Of a DNA stretch of 38,595 nt, positions 28,821 through 35,256 are shown piece by piece. Position 1 is the first letter of the stretch; each line of letters begins with the position of its first letter. Origin of the DNA: Methanocella sp. GTDB taxonomy: Archaea; Thermoproteota; Bathyarchaeia; Bathyarchaeales; Bathycorpusculaceae. The stretch spans positions 1-38,595 of the forward strand of contig JBLNCY010000012.1 in NCBI GenBank assembly GCA_050261115.1, in the 5' to 3' direction. A model generated the notes under the pieces. That model saw only the letters and a program-made list of their open reading frames with translations, ran no database searches and was not told where the DNA came from. The position numbers were made by a program, and so were the translations under genes.

Positions 28821-28976
28821 ATGACTGATAAAGATGGTAAACGAAAGTACCGTATAGACATCGGAGCCTACGGCAGCATAGGCGTAGAAGCACCCACAAA
28901 AGAAGAATGCCTAGAACTCTTCAAAGAAGTCACCCAAACAAAAAGAAACTCCAGAATAGACGAAGCCATCCGATAA
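28821..28976 (+). CDS. Small hypothetical protein (51 aa), not in the ORF track
   Basis: MTDKDGKRKYRIDIGAYGSIGVEAPTKEECLELFKEVTQTKRNSRIDEAIR. Purine-rich GGAGAGGG upstream and AT-rich promoter-like sequence before that. Confidence 0.6.
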   Translation: MTDKDGKRKYRIDIGAYGSIGVEAPTKEECLELFKEVTQTKRNSRIDEAIR

Positions 28977-29038
28977 AAAAACAACTGAGCCGCAAACCGT
29001 CAGCCAGCCGCCAAAAAAGGCAGCGATTGCCGCTGCGG

Positions 29039-29200
29039 CTACAGAACATCATGTTCCTCTTTACAATGCGCATTGTAGTCATCGCGGTTATCGTAAACCT
29101 GCTGATCCAGCGGGCACCGCAACTTTTTATCATCGGTAATCTCAGGATCAGGAATGGTCACACGGGGCGCAGTCCTTCTTAAATCCTCAGCCTCAGCCAA
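29039..29200 (-). CDS. Small C2H2-like zinc-finger protein (53 aa), not in the ORF track
   Basis: AAGGAGGTGA SD, then TTG. MAEAEDLRRTAPRVTIPDPEITDDKKLRCPLDQQVYDNRDDYNAHCKEEHDVL. Confidence 0.7.
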   Translation of the reverse strand: MAEAEDLRRTAPRVTIPDPEITDDKKLRCPLDQQVYDNRDDYNAHCKEEHDVL

Positions 29201-29464
29201 AACACATTCACCTCCTTAAAACTGCAACACAATAAGCGATCTAGCATCGGCTTGAATTGTTAATTAAAATATGTGACTACACAAGGGTAACAACCAACCG
29301 TTAAAAAAAGAAAGAAAGGGCGGTTAAGCGCTGCTTTGGCGGCTTGGGTTTTGCGGAAGTAGACCAAGATAACTACCCTGAAAAAGACGCTGAAAAAGAG
29401 GACCTATGCATTTTAGGTTTTTAGTATTTAGCATGTTAAAAAATGGGGGGAGGATAACGCCGAG

Positions 29465-29824
29465 CTAAAAGCTCAGCGCGCCTAAGCCGATACCGATGCC
29501 AATGCCTACTAACGCCAGAATAAAGACGATGATCACAAAGACAATTACAGCAATGAGTGCAATTGCGAATGCTTTGATCCAGCCGCAGTCAAAGAAGTGC
29601 TTGATCAATGCCAGCCAGACGAAGAACATGATTATTGACGATATTATTCCGCCGATTAACCAGCCGACGATGGAGCCTATGACGATGCCAAGCACTACGA
29701 TCCAGATGGCGTCAGTGAATTTGGCGTTTTGTTTACCTGCGATTGCTCTGCCAACAAGCCAAAGAATGGGGGCGATGATGATTATTGCTATTACGATTTG
29801 TATTAAGAGGCCAACTAGGTCCAA
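29465..29824 (-). CDS. Hypothetical 4-TM membrane protein
   Basis: 119 aa, very hydrophobic, with an IKHFFDCGWIKA loop. Confidence 0.75.
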   Translation of the reverse strand: MDLVGLLIQIVIAIIIIAPILWLVGRAIAGKQNAKFTDAIWIVVLGIVIGSIVGWLIGGIISSIIMFFVWLALIKHFFDCGWIKAFAIALIAVIVFVIIVFILALVGIGIGIGLGALSF

Positions 29825-29951
29825 AATTTATCCCTAAACTGTATTTGGAGCTTTGGGTTTTTAAATAAATCGCTTGTGCATTTAGCGGTGCCCACAAAAA
29901 AAGGGTAAACTAGGAAAAGGGTTGGGCTTAATGGACCTATCTAAACGTGGT

Positions 29952-30662
29952 TTATTGGGTTGGGTAGAATGTTGCTGACACAGAAATGCTATGTAGTGTC
30001 GTAGGTGAAGTCGGCGCCGAAAAGCTGTGTGCTAAAACATAAAAGGTGTATGTTTGGCCTCCAGCAACATTGTAAAAGCCTTGTATAGTTGGGTTGAAGT
30101 AAATTGCGGAATCTGATGATCCGCTAAGGTAAGTATCAAGTGGTCCGTTTGCAACTACATAGTCATAGTTAAGAGTACGCCCTAATCCGAAGCTAAAGCC
30201 CGAATAGTTACCGTTGCATCTGCCAAAGGCGTTTGCAATAAGATGAACCGTCCCATTCGACGGCGCTGTAAAGGTAACATTACAGACGTTTTTTATGTTT
30301 CCAGTTAGTTCTATGGAACCGGGGTAAGCATAGGATTGATTGTAGTATAGAAAGCCTGAGCCAGGTATTCCTTGGGGTCCGGTTGCGCCTGTGTCTCCTT
30401 TTGGTCCCTGTATGCCTTGTGCACCGGTATCACCTTTAGGTCCTGTTGCGCCAGTTAAACCAGTTGGCCCTGTTGCGCCGGTTGCTCCAGTGGCTCCTGC
30501 GTCGCCAGTATCTCCCTTATCGCCTTTGGGACCTTGCGTTCCGGTAACTATTGTAATCCCTGCGGAAACCCCTCCAGCTATGACAATAACTGCAACAAGC
30601 ATTATTACCATCATTATTTTACTAACTACAATCTTGTCTGACATCTTGGTTTCCTTAAGCAT
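29952..30662 (-). CDS. Membrane-anchored collagen-like protein
   Basis: N-terminal TM helix, 20 uninterrupted G-X-Y triplets (30363-30542) and a beta-rich C-terminal domain. Confidence 0.85.
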   Translation of the reverse strand: MLKETKMSDKIVVSKIMMVIMLVAVIVIAGGVSAGITIVTGTQGPKGDKGDTGDAGATGATGATGPTGLTGATGPKGDTGAQGIQGPKGDTGATGPQGIPGSGFLYYNQSYAYPGSIELTGNIKNVCNVTFTAPSNGTVHLIANAFGRCNGNYSGFSFGLGRTLNYDYVVANGPLDTYLSGSSDSAIYFNPTIQGFYNVAGGQTYTFYVLAHSFSAPTSPTTLHSISVSATFYPTQ

Positions 30663-30695
30663 CTAATCAAGCGGTTGGTTTATAGTTATTAACCT

Positions 30696-31637
30696 TTGCT
30701 TATGCTTACGGTCATAGAGCTTGGATTAGTAAAAGGGTGGTGGGCCGAGACGGACTTGAACCATCGACCTTTGGCTCGTAAAGCCTTGAAGGAACCTACG
30801 GTTCCCTCGAACCTTCCCTTCAACGCTAACGAGTTCACTGCATGGGTTCAATCTAGATATTCGCATAGCTACAGCCAAACGATACTTTGCTACACTAGGC
30901 GGTATTACCGCTTTGTGTATGCTAATGATTTACAGCCGATAGATGCTTTGCCTGATTCGATTAAGAGTAATGCTATAAAGAGTCTTGTAGTGCTCAGTAA
31001 GTACCTGGGTTGCTATACCGACTTCCATGAAAGGCTGAAACGTTTTGACATAAAGCTTCCACGACCTGATGCTTTGCATGCTTTCCTTCGGATATTCCAG
31101 TCAAGCAACGCTGATACTATCCAGTGGTATAACAATACTCTATCCCATCTACGTGATAACGAGAGACTACTGGCCCGTTTCATGCTACTATCGGGTTTGA
31201 GAGTTAATGAAGCAGTACAGAGTTTTAACAAAGTTACTGAGTTGTCCCAAAATAACAGACTTAGTGAGTACTATGACCCGTCCCTTCATTGCTTATGCCA
31301 TTTCAAGTATCCTAAAACCTTCATACGGAGAACAAAATGTTGCTATCTTACGTTTGTCAGTCCAGAATTCCTGAACGTGGTAGGGTCAAGTAGTCCAGCC
31401 AATTACAATGCACTATGTATGAGACTTAAGCGCCAAGGCATCCCTGTAAGACTTAACCAATTGCGTGACTACTTCGGTACTTACTTGCTTCAACATGGCC
31501 TATTAGAGCAAGAAGTCAACCTACTGCAAGGTAGACTCCCGATGTCAATCTTTGTGCGGCATTACTGGAGCCCAAAGCTGTCAGAATTGGGCGATAAGGT
31601 ACTTTCAGCGCTTGCTGATATAGACAGGCGTCCTTAA
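30696..31637 (+). CDS. int: SSV1-type tyrosine integrase, C-terminal fragment int(C)
   Basis: SGLRVNE (R), RRTK (K), QLRDYF (R), QGR and RHYW (Y). The antisense tRNA half encodes WWAETDLNHRPLARKA at its N-terminus. Confidence 0.88.
   Translation: MLMLTVIELGLVKGWWAETDLNHRPLARKALKEPTVPSNLPFNANEFTAWVQSRYSHSYSQTILCYTRRYYRFVYANDLQPIDALPDSIKSNAIKSLVVLSKYLGCYTDFHERLKRFDIKLPRPDALHAFLRIFQSSNADTIQWYNNTLSHLRDNERLLARFMLLSGLRVNEAVQSFNKVTELSQNNRLSEYYDPSLHCLCHFKYPKTFIRRTKCCYLTFVSPEFLNVVGSSSPANYNALCMRLKRQGIPVRLNQLRDYFGTYLLQHGLLEQEVNLLQGRLPMSIFVRHYWSPKLSELGDKVLSALADIDRRP
30738..30785 (-). repeat. att site: 3' half of tRNA-Val(TAC) with CCA
   Basis: The minus strand reads GGC-TT-TAC-GA-GCC-AA-AGGTC-GATGG-TTCAAGT-CCGTC-TCGGCCC-A-CCA, i.e. 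anticodon loop, T-arm and 3' acceptor strand. There is no D-arm or 5' acceptor strand next to it. Confidence 0.85.
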
Positions 31638-31965
31638 CAGTGCCATAAGCTTTAACGATAGTAATGAATCGGATGAAAGCGTTTTCACCAATGATAATTG
31701 AATCGTCGGTGTCTAAGACAGTGAATAGTCCGTTGTCTTGATACAGCACTATAAGACGATAACTAGTTATTCAGCAAGCAAATCATCTTACACAATAGCC
31801 TTGAACTGTAGCCCCTATCTTCTGTAGTCCACCTTACGCCTCTTATTCTATCTAGTAGGCGTATCGCTGTCTAGTATCCGTTAATAAATATCTAAACCGA
31901 AGAAATGCTGTCTTGCCAAAGTTTTATTTAGCTGGTTAGCCAGACCAGAGCTTGGGAAGCAATCC

Positions 31966-32274
31966 ATGAGTTATAAAGCCCAAGATTCCAGAACGAGCAA
32001 ACCATTAGTTAGGAAACGTCCAGCAGCCACAATGACGGTAAGTTCTTTACTTCTAGAAGAATTGGATGATTTAAAACGTAGAACTGGCTTGTCAAGGTCT
32101 CAGATAATTGAAAAAACTATAGCTTTTGGACTAGAGCGGTTTAGGAAGGAAGCTGTTCTTGAACAAAAGGCTAGCTTGGAACAGAAGAAGGACGAATCGG
32201 TCGAAGCTAGATATATGAGAGAAGTCTTGTTTGGAAGTCGCTTCGACCAAAACTGGCAGATGAATGACAGCTAA
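31966..32274 (+). CDS. Ribbon-helix-helix (CopG-like) DNA-binding protein
   Basis: TMTVSSLLLEELDDLKRRTGLSRSQIIEK strand-helix-helix pattern. Confidence 0.75.
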   Translation: MSYKAQDSRTSKPLVRKRPAATMTVSSLLLEELDDLKRRTGLSRSQIIEKTIAFGLERFRKEAVLEQKASLEQKKDESVEARYMREVLFGSRFDQNWQMNDS

Positions 32275-32438
32275 AGCCAAAAGCGAGGTATAATACTACA
32301 AGTCTTATCCGACAATTTACCGAAAATCAGAAACAAAACCCAAATTGCGCCTAGAAAGAGCATTGTAATACAGTAAAACAATAGGTGCCCAATCTATCAC
32401 TCAGCAACTTTACACGGTAAATAGGTAGGCAGACGGGC

Positions 32439-33308
32439 TTATGGATGTGTCCTATGCAAAGAGCTGGACGCACGGTGGTAATTTCGAACGAGTTCTTGAA
32501 CGTCAACCTTCCAATCTGTGGCATTTCCCTCATACTGGTTATGACTTGATAGAATAATATAGGGACGGGTCTCTTTATGGACTAAAATGGATTGTCTTGC
32601 CTCTGCTTCTTTTCGAACTATTGAATAAGGGTCAAGCAATTCTTTAAGTTCTTCAGCGGTTTCTTTTCCAGTGAAGTTATAGGATTCAACTCTATTTTTC
32701 CAACCAACGTTGTGGTCGATAAGCAACTTAATCGGTAATCCTAACACTCTATTCAATATATAGCGATGGTTATAGGTAAGATAGTTATTCCTGGCTCTGG
32801 CTTGAGCTGCGTCCTCAAGAAGCCAATTGACATCTATATCGTGAATCGTTAACATTGGGTCATGGAAGACTAATTGGAATTCAATGCTGCTTGGTTCGCC
32901 AATAACGAGTTCTTGGTTCAAAAACTCTCGCAATGGCGGCTCTAGTTGCTCTAGAAATCGACAATATTCTTCGGTTCGTCCACTATCGTAAGCAGTCTCA
33001 AAGGAAGCTTGAAATCCGTCGAAAAAGACTTTTGCTAACTCCATAAGTTTGGTTCCGTTAGCAAGAAACACTCTCCCCTTCCTTGTTATCGACAGTTCTA
33101 GCGCTTGCCCTCTTCTCCGTGTTTTTGGGGCTAAATTAATGATAAGACGCTTACTAAGCAAAACAGGAACTAGCTTTGCAACCACATTTTTATGCACCTG
33201 GGCTTCTACCACTAATTCACGACGGCTCAAATTCTGTTTTAGTAAGGCTTTCAACATAGAAAGAATTTCTCTATTTTCCTTTTGCTTTTGAAAGTCCCAA
33301 TAAGGCAT
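32439..33308 (-). CDS. Winged-helix protein with unknown C-terminal domain (289 aa)
   Basis: ATG at 33308 (MPYWDFQ). LSRRELV...HKNVVAKLVPVLLSKRLI...LSITRKG wHTH pattern. The longer track ORF overlaps the opposite-strand gene. Confidence 0.65.
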   Translation of the reverse strand: MPYWDFQKQKENREILSMLKALLKQNLSRRELVVEAQVHKNVVAKLVPVLLSKRLIINLAPKTRRRGQALELSITRKGRVFLANGTKLMELAKVFFDGFQASFETAYDSGRTEEYCRFLEQLEPPLREFLNQELVIGEPSSIEFQLVFHDPMLTIHDIDVNWLLEDAAQARARNNYLTYNHRYILNRVLGLPIKLLIDHNVGWKNRVESYNFTGKETAEELKELLDPYSIVRKEAEARQSILVHKETRPYIILSSHNQYEGNATDWKVDVQELVRNYHRASSSLHRTHP

Positions 33309-33386
33309 AACGATAACCAAAAAAAGTGACCCCAAGTGTACCCATGATATCGAACGACCTGATAATGATGACGGTGGTAGAAGAAG

Positions 33387-33632
33387 ATGAACTCGGATAC
33401 CACCAAAGCCAGAAACTCGGAGTCTGGCACAATAAAAACCCCTGAAGTTTCCCAAGGGGTAAACACCGAGACGGGAATCAACATCGAATGCAAAATCTGC
33501 GGCTGGGTTTGGCTCTACAAGGGCAAGCACACAGTGTTTGTCAGTTGCCCAAACTGCTTTAGGAAAAACAGGCTACCAGATGCTGGTCAGCTAGACGTCG
33601 AAGTTAAGGCAAACGAGGGGGTGGAACCATAG
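33387..33632 (+). CDS. Zinc-ribbon protein
   Basis: CKICGWVWLYKG...CPNC. Confidence 0.7.
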   Translation: MNSDTTKARNSESGTIKTPEVSQGVNTETGINIECKICGWVWLYKGKHTVFVSCPNCFRKNRLPDAGQLDVEVKANEGVEP

Positions 33633-33961
33633 CAACAAACGCTGAGGATATCATTGCCACAATAAAGCGTACCATTGACGACTTCTATGCCAATAGGTCA
33701 GATAGCGGTACAAACGTTACATTCGAACCTCAAACACAGCAGTATGATATTAAAGAGTTAGAAACAATAGCAAAACAACTACGCTATACAGCTTACAACA
33801 GCGGAAGCGGTTCATGGACAGGCGCCAATAGCAGGGCAGGAGGAAAGTTACTCGACTACTTAAGACAAAAGGGTGGTCGGGCAATAATCGGTGAATACAA
33901 GTACGTACTTAGTCCTGACGGAAACGTAATTCGCCGCTATCCAGTAGCTCCAAAAGCATAG
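33629..33961 (+). CDS. Hypothetical 110-aa protein with probable ATA start, not in the ORF track
   Basis: Open frame (I/M)ATNAEDIIATIKR...GEYKYVLSPDGNVIRRYPVAPKA fills the gap between two genes. GAGGGGGTGG SD upstream, and the ATA overlaps the upstream TAG. Confidence 0.7.
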   Translation: MATNAEDIIATIKRTIDDFYANRSDSGTNVTFEPQTQQYDIKELETIAKQLRYTAYNSGSGSWTGANSRAGGKLLDYLRQKGGRAIIGEYKYVLSPDGNVIRRYPVAPKA

Positions 33962-33972
33962 CGGAGGGAATC

Positions 33973-34479
33973 ATGCGGTTGCAAACAAAAAATGAGTACG
34001 TGGGGAGACTACTTGAAACCCCCATTCTTTCCTCTCTGGATATACTAAAGAAAAACCGCTGTATTGTACAGTACTGGGCAAATTACCCAAAGCCGCATAA
34101 TGGCGACTTCGATGCAGTGGTGGAGATGCACGAAGGCACTTATCTAGACTTTGAAGCTATGAACTTAAACCCTATTTACCAATATGATGAAACCTCATGG
34201 CGAGTACGAAATCTAACTAACCAGCTCGACGATGCAAGAAAAACCTTTGGGACTGTAAGCAAGTTGGTGTTAATCTCTACGGATGCTGTTACCGCAAAAT
34301 CAACGTGGCTAAAAGAGCATGACATAGAGTTGCTAAACATAGGTAAACAGGTCAGGGTTATGGACAAAGCTGAGTACGATGAGTTTGTTACATTTCTAGC
34401 CCAAGAACTATCATCGCTAATTAGAAAAATAGGAAAAAATGCCTATATGGGCCAGCTAAACAGGCGGGTTATACCATGA
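33973..34479 (+). CDS. PD-(D/E)XK nuclease-fold-like protein
   Basis: GRLLE...GDFDAVV...DFEAMN, with a GGAGGG SD upstream. Confidence 0.5.
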   Translation: MRLQTKNEYVGRLLETPILSSLDILKKNRCIVQYWANYPKPHNGDFDAVVEMHEGTYLDFEAMNLNPIYQYDETSWRVRNLTNQLDDARKTFGTVSKLVLISTDAVTAKSTWLKEHDIELLNIGKQVRVMDKAEYDEFVTFLAQELSSLIRKIGKNAYMGQLNRRVIP

Positions 34480-34841
34480 AATCACAGAAAATGCAAACAA
34501 TCAAGCAACTCGAAGCCAAAATTACCAAGCAAATAGACGATACTTATGGCTTCTGCATAACATATGGATATGGCATGAGTTGGAGCGATTATTGGTCAAT
34601 GTTTACGGTATGGGACAAGGATATTCAACTAATCTGCCAAGCTAACGGGATAACCATAACTGACTTAGATGACACTTTAGTACAAGTACATCAGAACGGA
34701 TATGGCAAACTCTATATGTTCAAAGATGACCACAGCAAACTGGTCGGACTACGCAAGAAAGAGATAGAGCCAGACAGGAATAGGGGACAAAATGACCAGC
34801 CAAACCATGAAGGTACGCAAAATCGGGGTTGGGAGAGCTAA
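34476..34841 (+). CDS. Hypothetical protein
   Basis: 121 aa with an ATGA overlap with the upstream gene. Confidence 0.65.
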   Translation: MKSQKMQTIKQLEAKITKQIDDTYGFCITYGYGMSWSDYWSMFTVWDKDIQLICQANGITITDLDDTLVQVHQNGYGKLYMFKDDHSKLVGLRKKEIEPDRNRGQNDQPNHEGTQNRGWES

Positions 34842-35164
34842 TGAGACGCAAGACTCAAGCCCGTCAAGAAGCATACCATCATTTTATCGAATATCTTTAT
34901 AGGAATTTTCGCAAGGAAATGAAAGGGATACTATTACCCCTAAGCGGGAAACCATCAGTCATGTTATGGGTGGGTAAACAAAAAAGGCTCGAAGAAACGG
35001 TTCTCACTTTACTAGCGGAACTCTTAGCATATCGAGAGCTCTCTGGGGCGCCGCCTTCTGAAGAAATTAACGATGACATGGACAACTACACTGTTATGGA
35101 AAAGATGCTTGACGAATTGGTCGCTTACCGAACGCTATTTGGCACTTGGAATGATGTTGCCTAA
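34841..35164 (+). CDS. Hypothetical helical protein
   Basis: TAATG overlap with the upstream stop. T-rich tract after its own stop. Confidence 0.6.
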   Translation: MRRKTQARQEAYHHFIEYLYRNFRKEMKGILLPLSGKPSVMLWVGKQKRLEETVLTLLAELLAYRELSGAPPSEEINDDMDNYTVMEKMLDELVAYRTLFGTWNDVA

Positions 35165-35256
35165 CCTTCTTTTTATGAGTTAACCAAACAGGTCGGCGAT
35201 GTATTCGTTTTTTGAATGAAAAAGTTATATCTGGAGAGCACTAAATCACACAGGGA

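Noticed and set aside
29305-29380. Remnant of a membrane-protein C-terminus (VVILVYFRK) plus T-tract on the minus strand
   Set aside because: Too short to support without a homology search.
30738-30815. Complete tRNA-Val gene
   Set aside because: Only the 3' half is present. The 5' side of the anticodon stem breaks after 3 bp, and I see no D-arm, 5' acceptor strand or convincing bulge-helix-bulge intron.
31516-31870. Minus-strand gene with TGA readthrough
   Set aside because: There are two in-frame TGAs upstream of the 77-aa ORF, but also a TAA. It has no homology cue and overlaps the integrase end, so it is more likely decayed or spurious.
33344-33390. C/D box sRNA (CTGA-ta-ATGATGA)
   Set aside because: The terminal C and D boxes are poor, and the site lies in a divergent promoter of a mobile element.
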